Assembly (NCBI GenBank): GCA_028534125.1
Contig: CM052832.1
Coordinates: 17,424,001-17,488,000, forward strand
Origin: Lama glama
Taxonomy: Eukaryota
Reading direction: 5' to 3'
DNA: 64,000 nt
Positions within the stretch are counted from its first letter, which is position 1. Every line of letters begins with the position of its first letter. The translations under genes and the position numbers were made by a program. Under the pieces are notes generated by a model, which saw nothing but the letters and a program-made list of their open reading frames with translations, did no database searches and was not told the origin of the DNA. Of the stretch, positions 34,389 through 48,205 are shown piece by piece.

Positions 34389-36392
34389 CTTGTCTCTTAA
34401 CCAACTATTTTTCTCTTATTTCTCTTGTTCTCTGTAAAAGGAAGTGCAGTGGAAGGAAGTGCAGTGGATTGCTTTTATAATTTTCCCATTTTTACTCCGT
34501 CGGGCTTACCACCTCCCAGGGAGGGACACAGGCAAAACGAAAAAAAAAAAAAAAAAAGGAGGAGAAGAAGAAGAAAAAGAAAGGAATCATCCCCACCAGA
34601 ATCTCCTACTTCCGAAGCGAGAATCCTGCCACCACTGGCACATTCAAATTGGGTTTTATTGGGTATGTCGTGAAAGGGGAGGACAGAAAAGGGACAGAAT
34701 AAAGGGGGAAAGAAACGGTTCTATTCTAGTTCTTTTAGTTAACTGAACGGTCAGATCTGCGTCATGTGATAGACAAGAGAAAAGCTGCCACCTGCCTCCC
34801 CTGCCACACCTTCTTGTCGAGCCCCTCCCGCCCCGTTTCCCTCCACCTGCCTATCCAGCTCGGTCAATTACTGGACGCAAGCAGTTGAGGTGGGGGTGCA
34901 GATCCCAGATCTTTCTGAGTGAGTGACTGGGAGAACATTGAACAATCAAACACTATTAGCTGGCAGGAACAGTTTGATTTGGGTGAAAATAAGACTTAAG
35001 GTGTTAAAGGTTGTTTTTGTTTTGGTTTGGTTTTTGTTATGTTGTTGTTGTTGTTGTTAGATGCCGGATTTTAGCAGAGCGGTTGTTCTGGTAGTTGGTA
35101 AATTGGGTCTCATTGGAGATTTTCACAGGCCAGAGAACTCTCAACTTCGTACACACATTTCTGGCTGAAATAATATCGCAAGGATATTGGCAAGTAGTGA
35201 ATTTAAAATTTCTTCCCTTCTGCATTTCCTATCTTTGCCCACTGAATTCCAGTTTCTTGTTTTTAGAATTTTAAATAAAGTCATAAGGTGGAGTACATGA
35301 TTTAACAACATACCAAAGACTTCCGAGATACAACCAAAGGTTTTGTGTGTGTGTGTGTGTGTGTGTATGTGTGTGTTTGTAGGGGAATTATATGTGGGAT
35401 CCGGGACATGAAGAGGGAAGGGTAAGAATAAATAGATGCACAAATTTCTGTGTTTCCTAATACAAAAATTATCATTATAAACAAGGAGCCAATAAAAATT
35501 ATAGAACTACTTTGTGAACATGATTCTACATTGCATGGATATATCAAAATCGGTTCCATTTTTATTTCAGAGGTCCAAGGGTGTTGCTTTTAGACTCTCC
35601 CTGTTAAGAAATGCTTCTACAAAGCAGGGTCTATTTCAGGACAGATGCCAAGTACGGACTGCTTTTAAATTTCTTTTTGAGTGAATTACCTCTGTTGTCC
35701 TCTTTATTTTCCTTCTAGTGACTCCTAGCAGCTCCTAGCAGAGAGCAAAAGCTTGTACTGGGTGTTTTCTATGCTATGAACACCGATATATCTTTTCCTT
35801 CTTATTCTTCATGCTCATTGGAGTAAACATGGAACCTCTATACAGCCTCAGATAAACTAAGACAGTGAGCAGAATCATGAAAGATGGAAAGTCTCCAAAA
35901 AGCACCGAGACTCTGGACACCATAGTCCCTGAGGGATATCATGGATGGGATTTGCATAAGTGGGTTGGAAGGACGTGTCCAAGCTCCACCTCTTTTCTCT
36001 GCATTCTATAGGAACAAGGAAATATTGGAATTCTGTACATTTTAGGGAAGTGAGCAGAAAACTTTTGTCCAACAGAAAGATCCCGCTTAGTTTTACCCAA
36101 TGTCTGTTGGTTTTCAAGAGCATCAAGGAGCTCTTTCCCTGGCCGAGCTCTTCAGAGAGAACCGTTGTGGTTGAATTTTTGGGAAAAGCCAAATTGTTTC
36201 AAACCCAGTGCCTGGATGTGGTGGCAGCAGGTTAGTGCGTGTAGAAGTGGGATCCACCAGCTGCTTTTGGCTTGGGTATATGAGGTACAGGTAAAGCAAT
36301 TGGTTTTTAGCACCTTGAGAATGCAAAACAAAATTGAAAAGAACCTAAATGAACTCACCTTTACTGGGTGGTCAGAAAACCATACAGTATGA

Positions 36393-36465
36393 GCCCGGGT
36401 AGCTCAGTCGGTAGAGCATCAGACTTTTAATCCGAGGGTCCAGGGTTCAAGTCCCTGTTCGGGCG
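36393..36465 (+). tRNA. TRK-TTT: tRNA-Lys (TTT), A29.C41 mismatch
   Basis: GCCCGGGTAGCTCAGTCGGTAGAGCATCAGACTTTTAATCCGAGGGTCCAGGGTTCAAGTCCCTGTTCGGGCG; TTTT about 10 nt downstream. Confidence 0.92.
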
Positions 36466-38869
36466 GAGTCTACATTTTCTTCCTTAGGCAATCTTATATC
36501 TAAAAAGTGTATACTGAGTACTTTCAGCATTTGAGCCCCCAGAGGAAAAAGTAATCAATAACCCTTTGAATGAAGACATTCAGATAAACTTTCCAGCAAC
36601 TAAGCAAGAAAGGGGTGAAATCTTCGATGATGGGATCACTTTGAGTAAGGATGGATTCCTTTCAGCTTGTTGGTAGTCTGTTATGTTTTTGTTTTGTGGA
36701 TGTTAGATTGAGACAGAAAGGAGGAGAAGCTTGGATTTGAACATGACTGAGATGCCTGCAAATTTAAGACGCAGTCCTGTGAAGGTATTTGGCAACCGCA
36801 GTGATTCCCTAAGACAGCAACTCTGCAGGAATCTATGATTGAGATGAGTTTTATTACTATGGAAGAGAGGGATAGTGTGTAGAGTGAGAATAGAAAAGAT
36901 GTATTGTGATTTGAAGATTGAGAACTTATTAATGATACTCATGGGAAAATGTGTATTAAGCCAGAGTGATCTTGGACTCTGGTTTCATTCCAGGTAGCAT
37001 AATGTTCCTTGAACTTCCTTAGAAATCCCAGAAAATGCTTAGAAATGCAGCTGAGGTTATTGCTATCTCCTCCTTGCCCTCCTCTGACTGTGTGAGACTT
37101 CTGCTCATGTTCACAGAAATCCCATGAAGTAGATTTTGAACTTGAAAGGACCTAATTTGTCTGGAAGAACTTATATCTCTATTGGTCCAAAAGACTCTTT
37201 GGACTACTAAAATTTTAGAATAGGAAACAGTGAGGGAGAGAAATGTGTAGGGTGGGGAAATTGAGCTGGTTTTAATTTGCCTTTGTGTCTTGGTGTAAAG
37301 CACAGCTAAGGTCATGTTCAGTGTCCCTGCTAAATCATTACTCTACTTTGTGACAGAAGCAGACTGGATTCCAGGTGGAGTCTTGTACATTCCTGATATG
37401 GAGGATTTTTTGTTTGTTTGTCTCCAGTTATATCTCAAAAATTATTTTATGAATTTTTGTGGCAAAATCCAGTCTTTCTTTGCACAGCATTATTGAAACA
37501 TCTGTTCAATGGAAGTATGTGAGATTAACTCTTAAATTACAGAATTTTGTGAGGAACTCAACATTTTAATCAGAAGACACAACACACCCATGCCCAAAAT
37601 ACTCTATTCAGAAAATCCTAAAACATATGGAGCATATATTAAACCAATTTATATCCTGAGGGAAAATAGAAGCCAATGTGTGGTTTTTTTCAGAGGAATC
37701 CCAGAGAAGTCATGTTGAAAGATCCTTTTCATGTGTTGGAATATCACTGCACATACCATGCATAACATCTTTTGATATTATAAAAAATCCTTTTACATGA
37801 TCCTGTTTTATGGATATGTAAAGGATAATGAAATAAGTTCAAAATTTTGTCCTATGTCACCAACTTTCAAATAACATTAAATTCCAAGCCCAGATTTTAG
37901 GACTGCAAATCTTGAGGTATTTTCTTATAAAAATCATACTGTACTCACACATACACATACACAATTAGTGGTTCTCTTCTATTTCAGGTCATATGTTAGA
38001 TGTCAAACACACAGAATTTAATTAGATAGAGAATAAGTGTAAAATATTATATAATATGATAAGTTTTGTATACAATTTTTACATAAGCCTTTTCAATCCA
38101 GGCTCCTTGAAGACATTCAGAGGTTATTTGCTTAATAATGTTCCAGCTTTCCATTTAGGATGCTTGACAGATGAATCCCCACTATTACATCACAGGTAAA
38201 CTGGCAGACATTAAATCAAATAATTCTTATCATTTCTTCCATTTGGAACAAAAGAGGACCAGAGGAAAGAGAACAATGCTGACAGGATTGAGATAGAGTA
38301 ATATGATTCCTTTTCAATAGGACATGTGGCTCTCCTCTGGGAAGGAAAATTAGTCTCCTGTTCTTAAGGGAAGAATATTAAATAATTTGTGGACATTTTA
38401 AAGCCACCATGACAATAGTCAATTACAAGGAAATATAAGGAGGCAATGTGATAATTGTAATAAAGAGTAAACATAATAAATTAAAGTATCCACCAGTTAC
38501 ATAAAAAAAAAGCAATACTATCTTAATGAGGGTTTTATATACATACTCTAGTACATGGAGAGGATTTCTTGTTCCCAGATCAGAATGCTTGGTATTGTAA
38601 AATCAGTTCTCCTCATATTAGCCTATAAATATAAAAATCTCTCCCCCAAATTCAGATATATTTAGTTTGGATACTGAAAAAAAAATTAGTAGAATAGTGA
38701 GAGAAGAGTTTCCTTTGTAGATATAAAACATACTATAAATCTACAATAATCAAAGCAAAATAGAATTGAACCGGGATAGACAGAAAGAACAGTAGTATTG
38801 CAAAAAATATATACAGGACTAAGTACGTATAAGCTTTTAGCTTAAAATTAAAAAATAAGACAAACATGC

Positions 38870-39030
38870 TAAAATATAGTTTGCTTGGGTTCAAATTCCA
38901 GCTCTGCCACTTACTTGTCATGTGACTCTGGAGGAAATATTTAGTCTTTCATTTTCTTAGCACTTAAATGAGAGTAATAATAGTATTTATCTCCTAAGAT
39001 CCTTACTAAGGTTAAATAAGATAACACAAG
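38870..39030 (+). mobile_element. MIR SINE
   Basis: tgggttcaaattccagctctgccacttacttgtcatgtgact MIR core. Confidence 0.7.
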
Positions 39031-39194
39031 GATGAAGTAATCAAAGGTTCTTATCCTAGAACCCAATGATCCCCAATGGAGACTTTAGGTGTAATTCATC
39101 CTCAGTGACGGCTAGTCTGAACACAAAATAACTGTGTAAAACGCTTTGAGCTTTTAAAAGGACAGGAATCCTTCTCAGCAGCCAGCTTCCAGCA

Positions 39195-39266
39195 GGGGAT
39201 GTAGCTCAGTGGTAGAGCACATGCTTCGCATGTATGAGGCCCCGGGTTCGATCCCCGGCATCTCCA
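39195..39266 (+). tRNA. TRA-CGC: tRNA-Ala (CGC), A26 variant
   Basis: GGGGATGTAGCTCAGTGGTAGAGCACATGCTTCGCATGTATGAGGCCCCGGGTTCGATCCCCGGCATCTCCA. Confidence 0.96.
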
Positions 39267-41264
39267 AGGGTTTCCTTATTTAATATCCATTTCATCCTCG
39301 TCTACTTCAGCCTTTGACCGCTCATTATTAAATAAAATATTTTAGCCCTTTCTCTTTCTTGCCATTAGTATTTTCTTTAAATAGAGCTGTTTTCCATCTG
39401 TGTGTTTATTTCTCTTTCGTTTGGTTAACTAACCACCGCCATATCCCCTCCTCCCTGAAAACTTTCTCTGGGTGTTTTATTATGCAGCCAGTAGTATAAA
39501 GCCAGAGGGATAGTTCAGGAGTAAATCTGTCCTATGAACACGTCCAGGAAAAGGGAATGCAACTGTATATCAAAGAACTATTCAGCTCAATTAGAAGAGG
39601 TCCTATCCATTCCCACTTTCTGCTGGAAAATAATCCGTAAGGATAAAATATTTTAGTGATTTATTTTTAGGGGAAGACAAAATAGCATGTCTTTTTAGTG
39701 TTGATGTGGTAGTTGCATGTCGGTATTCAAGGGTCCATCCTAGGGCCATAAGAGGAATTTCTTCATATGCTATAGTTACTAATATAGTTACCATTTTATT
39801 TCTCACTGCATCTTTGGCTTTACTCAAGGTATCTGTGCAGGAGAGCTGATCACAGTCCAGTGTAGGAGATCTGGGAAAGTAGTAAGGGTTAGGAATAGCC
39901 TGTGGAAATGGAAGGCAGAGTTGGTTAGATGCCCTTAAAAAATTGCCTGTCGGCACTGAGGAGCCAATTGAGGTTACAATCTGAGCAGCTGTAATTAAAT
40001 GAATTTTTAGACTTTACGTAATTTCGGCATTGTACTTGTGTTCATTCCTCGATTCAACAGAATGTTTTGGACTATCGATAATGTAACAGTAATTTACTTA
40101 TTGCTTCTGTCCACATTTATAAATACATTAAAATAATGGCAACATGTATTTTTCTGCCCAACTTGTTAAGAGGAAATCCAATCATTTACTATGTAACTAT
40201 GCTAACAGGGGATACAGTTGAGAGAGAGAGCCAGTATCTAAACAATACTTATCATTTATCTTTATCATAATTACCATATTGAGGTTTATAAAATATACAC
40301 CAGGAGACAGAAGGTAGAATCAAATCTTCTTGGTGAGGCAGGTCAGGCAAAGTTCCACAAAAGAAGAGACACTTGTGATATGTAATAAAGAATAAGTGGG
40401 AGGTTTACAGCTGGAAGTGAGAATCACAGTGTTATTCTAGTCACAATAAACATCATGCAAGTTACATGAAGACATGACATAAAATGTTAGAAAACTGAGT
40501 TAGTCACATATGGCTAGAATATAGGATGAGATAGGGAAACACATGAGATGTTGGAATATATAGTTCATTAAAGATTTTGAACTCTGTATCAATTAGTATT
40601 CTGGGCTGCAAAAAGCAAATACTGAATATGGTTAACTTCAGTAGAAAAGAATATCTACTTGGCTAGAACAATGGCAGTAGCCTTGGAAAGCAAGCATCTG
40701 ACTCTAAAACTGTCATATTCCTTAAACATAAAAGAAAAGTGCAGCTACTAAAAAAAAAGTTTCCAATGACAATTTCCCTATGTTTACCTTCCTAGAAGAC
40801 TCAATAGGTAATAAGGAGCCAATGAAACATTACAAACAAGATGATCACACTTGGATTTTAATTTTATAAATTTAGTTCTGTAAATAATGTGGAAAAGGGA
40901 TTATGACTGGTGAAATGAGATGAAAACAAGGCTAGTTCAGTTATTATAGCATGAGTTCAGATGAGTTGTGGCGGGATCTTCACTCAGGAGTAAATTTCAG
41001 AACATAAAGACCTGTCCTATGACCATTTCTTAAGAACCCAGGAGAAAGCATAGTCAGAGGCTTGAACTCTCCCAAGGGCCTGAAGTACAGCTGATTTTTT
41101 TTTTTTTTAACTCATGAGACTGAGATCCAGCAGGAACCACCTCAAGGATGAAGCTAAATTCTAAGAGCCTTGCCTGTCCAATCTTTAAATTTCTCAATTA
41201 ACCATTCATTTTCACCCATTTTTCATTTCCAAAGGGACCTTTTAGAATGCTAAGATTTAAATCA

Positions 41265-41428
41265 CAGCTTGCTTTTTCCAGCTTTTAGAGGCTTCCCACA
41301 TTTCTTGGCTTGTGGCTTCTTCCTCTGTCCTGAAAGCCAGCAGTGTAACATCTCCAAATCTCTCCCTGACTCTGATCCTCTTGACTCCCTCTTTCACTTG
41401 AAAGTACCCTTGTGATTATATTGGGCTG
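41265..41428. mobile_element. MLT1 (MaLR LTR) fragment
   Basis: ccagcttttagaggc...cttggcttgtggc...cccttgtgattatattgggc. Confidence 0.6.
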
Positions 41429-42050
41429 CAGCCATTATGGAGATTCCTCAAAAAACTAAGAATAGAACTACCATGTGATGCAGCCATTCTACTTCTGGCT
41501 ATTTATCATAAGACTACAAAAACATGAATTCATACAGATATATGCACCCCATGTTCATTACAGCATTATTTACAATAGCTTAGATATGGAAACAACCTAA
41601 GTGTTCATCAACGAATTAATGGATAAAGAAGATGTAAGATATATTTAGAGATATATATATATCTATAGATATCTATAGATATAAATATATAGATATGTAT
41701 GCACACACACCATGTAATACTGTTCAGTCACAAAAAAGATGAAATCTTGCCATTTGCAACAACACAGATGGGCCTTGAGGGTGTCTGCTAAGTGAAATAA
41801 GTCAGATGGAGAAAGACAAATACAATGTGATTTCGTTCATATGTGGGATATAAAATAAACAAACAAAATGAAAACACACAGATACAGAGAACAGAAGAGT
41901 GATTATGAGAGGGGAAGGGGGTGGAGGGAGGGTGAAATAGGTAAAGAGGATTAACTGTACGGTGATGGATGGAAACTAAACTTTAGGTGATGAGTGTGCT
42001 GTAGTGTATATAGAAGTTGAAATATGATATTGTTTACATGAAACTTGAAC
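41428..42050 (+). mobile_element. L1 3' region (L1MA-like)
   Basis: ctcaaaaaactaagaatagaactaccat, ggaaacaacctaagtg, atgaaatcttgccatttgcaacaac. Confidence 0.85.
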
Positions 42051-42129
42051 AAAAATACAGAACCGAGTGAAAGATACAGAGATTCCCCTTTATTCCCTGC
42101 CTGCACACTTACCCAGTTTTTGTTTTCCA

Positions 42130-42965
42130 GTTTTGGGGGTTTCTATTAATATATCCTCAAGTTCAGAGTCTTTCCTTAGTTATGTCCACTCTACTAATTA
42201 AGCCCATTAAAGGCATTTGTCCTTTCTGATACTATGTTTTTAATCTTTAGTATTTCTTTTTGTTTTTTTAGGATTTTCATCTTTCTTCCTACATTGCCTA
42301 CCTTTTCTTGTGTCCTACCTACTTTATTCATTAGATCCCTTGGCAAATTAATCGTAGTTGCTTTAAATTCCTGGTCTGCTCATTCCAACAACCCTGCCAT
42401 GTCTAGTTCTGCTCTTGCTCTGTCTTTTTTTTTTTTTTTTTTTTTTGCCTTTTGATATGTTTTGTAATTTTCTCTTGATAGCTTGACTTGGTGTACTTGA
42501 TAAAAGGGTAAACAGGACTTTAGTAATGTGGTGGTGAGGTGTCGGAGAAGAGAAATTTTCTACAGTTCTATGATTAGGTCTTCTCAGTCTTTTAATGACT
42601 TTATGCCTCTGGGTCGTGAACTTTACAACTATCTCTCAAGTTTTTTTCTTCCTGTTTTAAGTGGAATGGGATAGCCAAAGTATGTGGAGTTGGGTTTTTC
42701 CCTCATGTTAATGTCTAGAGCCAGCTGGGATTGAGTATTTTCCTCCTTCCAGGTCAGTTAGGCTCTGACAAAACCCCAGCAGGTGAGAGTCTGGTTACAT
42801 AGATTCTTTAGAAGGCAGGTCTTGTTGAGAACAACAGAGTGCTTTGGCATATTTCAAAATGGTTTTGCTTCTCCCACCTCTGCTGGAAGCATGAGGGGGT
42901 TCCCCTCAATATTTAGATATTTAATGTGAGAATCTGGTCAAACTCCTAAAGGTAAAACTCACGCT
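42130..42965 (-). mobile_element. old L1M fragment
   Basis: AT-rich antisense L1 motifs; shares tgctggaag.atgagggg with 59120-59545. Confidence 0.5.
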
Positions 42966-43019
42966 TTTGTGAGTATTGCTATAAGTACTAATAAGCAATT
43001 AAGAGTAACACAGTGTCTT

Positions 43020-43370
43020 AGGTAAACTTCAAGAAGACCCCCTATGATCTTTGCCTTCTGATAATCATGCCTTTGTACAGTCTTCTCCTACTTGAGTCAG
43101 TCACCAAGACAGGTATGATGGGAAACTGTGGCCTCCTACCAACATGTGAATGAGCCATCTTGGAAGCAGATGCTTCAGATGCAGTCAAACCTTCAGGGCA
43201 CTGAATGTGCAGTAGATACCCTGAGTTCAACCTCAAGAGACACCTGGGGCCAGAATTACCCTGCCAAGCCACACTGGAATTCCCAACGCATACAATCTGT
43301 GAGATAATAGACATTAATTTTTCAAACCTGTAAATTTTGGAGTATTATTCAGCAACAGACAACTAATAGT
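43020..43370. mobile_element. MLT1 (MaLR LTR) fragment
   Basis: gagccatcttggaagcagat, tgtgagataata, attttggagta...cagcaacagacaactaata. Confidence 0.65.
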
Positions 43371-44772
43371 CACAGAAAACCTCTTTTTTGGGCTGTTTTT
43401 ACATTTCTCTTAGGGAAATTGTGGTTATTTACAAAAGAATATAATTTTTATCTGTTTCTCTCAGGATTCCAGACTGTTATCTCTAACCACACTCGTCAAA
43501 AATCAAATAGCAATGCTAAACTAAGACGTGTGGCTCTCCTCTCTTGTTTCTCCTTTTATCCTGAAAAAAATCTGAAGATTTTAAGCAGACAGCCTGGTAT
43601 GTCTTATCCACCAGAGGTACATGAACCTACCATTAAAACAATCACTGGCAAAAGGAAATGGGAAAACCATAATTATTTTAGATGACTCATAATTTATGCC
43701 AATTGTCTGGGCCCATCATCTCTACTACATGAATGAAATTTAGATTCTTTTAGCAAGGGGAAAAGATGAGAAATGCTTGTGTAATCTTGTCAAGCTGATT
43801 TCTCTGGCCTCATCTCCAACTTACTTCCCCCAACTCCAACCATTCCAAACTACATACACTTTCACTCCTGAATGCATGCTGTATCCTCAGCTTTCCTTTC
43901 ATTTCTATTTGACATTCGTATTCATTCCTCCAGATTTGCTCACAGGTCACCCTGTCCAGGGACTTCCCCAGAACTAGGCAGGGATAAAACCTTCTCAGTT
44001 TGCAACCCTTGGTGAGAAAGGGGTCTGAATTCTAACCAACCACTCCCTCTGCAGAGAATAAAGCACAACAGAATTAGAGGTTTTGCCTCAATCTTAGAGG
44101 TAACATTTCTAACTTATTTCCTTGCATTTCTTTCCAAAGAATCAGAGCAAGATCAGAAGATTCATATTCCGTGGATTTGATTTGTATTCTTTGGATAAAA
44201 TGAGGATCAGAAGGTCGCAGGAAGCAATCCAACATCTTTATCCTTTAGCCCGCACCTCCCCCCACCCCTCCACCCCCATTGCTAAGAGTGGAAGGAATTT
44301 ATTTTTGTAACAGAAATCCCTTCATTGTCTCCTTGTTTTCTAAATATAGGTGTATAGCGGTTTCTGGAATCTGGGAGGAGGGTGCAGAATTGGGGAGGAA
44401 AACTGGGGATAGTTTGGTAGGTTTCATAATTAAAGACAGTCATTGGCAAAGTTTTTTTTTTTCTTTTTTAACTTTTCTGTAAGGAATTTTCCTTTGTCCC
44501 TCATAGCTTTTGACAAAAGAGAAAAGCACTCAGAAAAGGAGGGTCTGGCAGACTGTTTCCTACTCAGATTTCCGAGCTCAATGTATTCTCATTAGTCACT
44601 GAATGTCTGCAAGATACAGATTAATTAGAATTCCTTGGTAATAGAATCCTGTAAAATAGAGGGTGAAAATTGTATCTGTATCATTTAGAAAAGAACATTT
44701 GTGTAAAAGTGCAATTGTAAATTACTGTTCTGTTTCATGAAGATAGTTCAGAAAACCAGGCTCTCGTGTAGT

Positions 44773-44844
44773 GGGGATGTAGCTCAGTGGTAGAGCGCAT
44801 GCTTAGCATGCATGAGGTCCCGGGTTCGATCCCCAGCATCTCCA
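44773..44844 (+). tRNA. TRA-AGC: tRNA-Ala (AGC), C50.A64 mismatch
   Basis: GGGGATGTAGCTCAGTGGTAGAGCGCATGCTTAGCATGCATGAGGTCCCGGGTTCGATCCCCAGCATCTCCA then ACCTTTT. Confidence 0.97.
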
Positions 44845-47744
44845 ACCTTTTGTGTCCTTACTCGAAACATCTTTCTTCTACGTTACGGTCACAGCCCATT
44901 CCTGTAGAATCTGAAGATTAATCATCTTGCCTCCAGGTATCTATAGTTTTCTCCAGTTATGCTAGTAACCTTTCCGTTTTAAAATTTTATTCCTTTCCAT
45001 CCTCGGCAGAGTTTAGAGATGGCCTTCCACAAAGTGAAATCAAGAGTGACTTTGGTCCCTGTTCCATGAAAAAATACCAAAAAACTGACAGTTACTAATG
45101 TAAACTCTAAATTAGAAGATTTGCAGACGAATTAGGATTCTCACTTTGGTTTGGTGCTGGGGTTTGGAGTGGGGGATGGGACTGTAAGCTGAGCTTCTGT
45201 CTCAGGTTTCACATTTTTAGGCTCAATCAGAAAGATGGATTTCACCGGAAGCTCTCTAAAAAGAAAATACACTCTTCCCAGCCCGGAGGCTATGAAAGCA
45301 CTGGGTAAATGTCGCTTCTCGAAACGTAACAGTTCTCTCAGAAATCGAACACAAAGGAGAGAAATGGAAGCATTTTTGGCGCAGAAATGTTTCTCTCTCG
45401 GTTGCGTTTTGCCGGTGAGCTCACAGCGTTCGCATCGCTGTGGATTTGATCCCTGCTCTACTGATCTCTTTTGTAATCTCTAAATTTGCCTCGCTAATTC
45501 TAAAGCTACTCTGATTCTCCTAAAGAATCCTCTTCTCCTTCTAAATCTTTGTGTGTTTTGCTGAAGATCTGTTCCCCTTTGGAATGCAGCATCTCTTTCA
45601 TCGTGATGCTTTTGTCTCCACTTCCAATTTGTAACACCCTGTCACATTCACAAGTGAAGGAAATTCAGAAAACAGTTTTCTGTGTTCTTGTTCATTTCTC
45701 AACGAGGCCTCCAGCAGCTTCAGGCGGCCTTTGCCTGGGTGTGGTCAAGGGCTCATGGACAGGAGGGAAGTGAGTGTACCAAATTCTTAGAGGAGGTATA
45801 GGAGTCCAGTGTTAAAAGAAAAAAATTAATGTTTTACCATCCTCTACGTCAGACTGTTTAATGATTAGGGAAAATGTCCTTAAGTGTCTAAATTGTCCAC
45901 TCATGGCATAAATGGAAGCCTCACGCTTTCTGTCACAATAGTGAAAAAAATTTTTTTGTTGTTGAGGGGAAATGAAATAGCTGATTATCACATACAGCTT
46001 CAACTTTTGGGTAGTTAAATTACTAAATCAGTGAAATTTATAACTTCTCCAGATCTTGTAGGCGAAATTTAGAGGACTGATGGGGAAAGACTGACACTGA
46101 AAATTGGAAAAGAATTTAGGGGTCTAGGAGTTTCCTTGAACCCTCAGTTCCTGTTGGGTTCTCTTGAGAGTCATAGGGGATGCCCTTCTCTTATCTAATG
46201 AGCATTTCTCAGTTTGTATATTAAAAATCAAGGTATAGATATAAACTGAAAAAAAATTATTACTAATGTTGTCTCATTAGCTCAGTGACATCAGCACAGG
46301 TACCTCTTTGAAGTGCCTTTGCCTCATAACCACAAGCCGGGTGCTGAAACTCCAGGAATCAGATCTGCATTCAATCTGGGAAGGAAAGGGGGAGGAGTTG
46401 ACACCAGTCCCATATGTATTGTCTTTACGAAGAAGGAAAAAGCTGTCCCCAAAACTTCCCAGTAGTCTATTATTTATATCTTTTAGGCCAGACCTAGGTA
46501 TATGCCACCCCTTGATATAAGAGAGGCTGGGGGAATGAATACCTCATGTTTTAAGTTCATACAGTGTGAAGTGATCAGAGGAGAGGAGGGTTGGATATGG
46601 GGGTTGAAATAGCCTCCCATATCCAGCAATTTCTACCAAATGACAACAAAAGGATTAACTTTCTAGTAATGAACAAAATAACAAATGTGCTAGATGCATA
46701 CAAATGCAATATTCATATTTCTTGGTATCATAAATAAGTTATTCACCAATAAAAGTTAAAAATTAAAAAAAATTAAAATAAACTGAAGAGACAGAAAAAA
46801 GTTATACTGGGGAGAGCTAATTTGCTCACATAGAACTTCCTGTGCTTAATCCTTAAAGGGGCCTATATTTTTCCTTCAATGGTTTCTTTTGAGGTAAATT
46901 CTGCATGATTTTGATTTGTTGTTTCACAAAGTGAGGAAAATTCAGATCACTATTCCAAGTCATTGTCTTTATTTTTTCCCTTTGCTTGTATTATCTTTCT
47001 GGTATGTTTGACATCAGACGTTGGAGACTTGGCTTTTCTTATGTCACTATGTTGCAGGAAAAGCACACTTCCACACTTGTAGGTAAAGTTACAGTATCAT
47101 TACCTGTAGATATGTTTTGTTTTGTCAACTAACATTTTTGCTACTTAATGGCAAATGTCTCTGCACTTTGCTATTTTCTAGGAAGTATAAAAGTTCTGAC
47201 ATGCTCAAGGGAAGAGGCTCTACTACATGTGTAGCCAATATGTAAATATTTGGGGCTTTGCAAGGCACTAACCTGTAGTTTTACTTCTCTATTGTTTTTC
47301 TAATATGATAATACGAAAGCGTATGCAAATATTTTTCTTTTATTCAAATTAAAATTAATTACAAAATATTTTAAGCACAAATACAGAGAATATTATAATA
47401 GATGTCATGTACCCTTTATCCAGATCTTTCTTTTCCTTAGGAAATAATTTAGAAGTATGATTGAAGCATTATCCTGCACTTTCCAGCCCCCTTCCTCTCT
47501 CCATAAAAGTAACCACCATCCTGAAATCCATGAGTATCCTTTCAATCTGCATTTTATCTTTTATTACAAGTATTATATCTATTAAAATTTACAGTAATTT
47601 TTGTTCAGCTTTTTAGTTAGGGTATATGAACCTCTCATACTTACCTTCCATCACCCCTTATTCATTAGTTCCCTTTCTAAATAAAATTTTTTCAGTTAAG
47701 TTTGGGGCAAAATTTAAGAAAAAATTTAATTCATACTCAGAGGA

Positions 47745-48205
47745 TGATGTCTAGGGCTGCCGTAACAAAATAACACAAACTACCCGACTGCGTGGCTTAA
47801 TAGAAGTTTATCATCTCATGGTTCTGGAGGCTAGAAATCCAAAATCAAGGTGTTGGCAGTGTTGTACCTTCTGAATGTTGTGAGGGAGAATCTGTTTTAT
47901 GCCTGTCCCCTAGCTTGTGATGATTTGCTGGCAATCTTTGGTGTCCCTTGGTTTGTAAGTGCACCATACCCTTCTCCAGCCTCTGCTTTCATGTTCACGT
48001 GTGTGTGTGTGTGTGTGTCTCCCCAGATTTTCCTTTTTTACAAGGACACCAGTCATACTGTAACAGAGAGGCCTGCCTTACTCCAGGATGACTTCATCTT
48101 AACTAAATTAATTACCCTTTTTCTCCATAAGGTCACATTCGGAAGTACTGGGGATTAGAACTTCAATATATGAATTTTTAGGAGAATAAAATTCAACTAA
48201 TAACA
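47745..48205. mobile_element. MLT1A-C-type MaLR LTR
   Basis: agggctgccgtaacaaa...ttctggaggctagaaatccaaaatcaaggtgttggca...taaggtcacattc...ggattagaacttcaatatatgaatttt. Confidence 0.8.

Noticed and set aside
34439..34468. Tandem AGGAAGTGCAGTGGA x2
   Set aside because: Simple local duplication with no support for function.
46277..46290. tagctcagtg A-box-like motif
   Set aside because: No B box or cloverleaf nearby.
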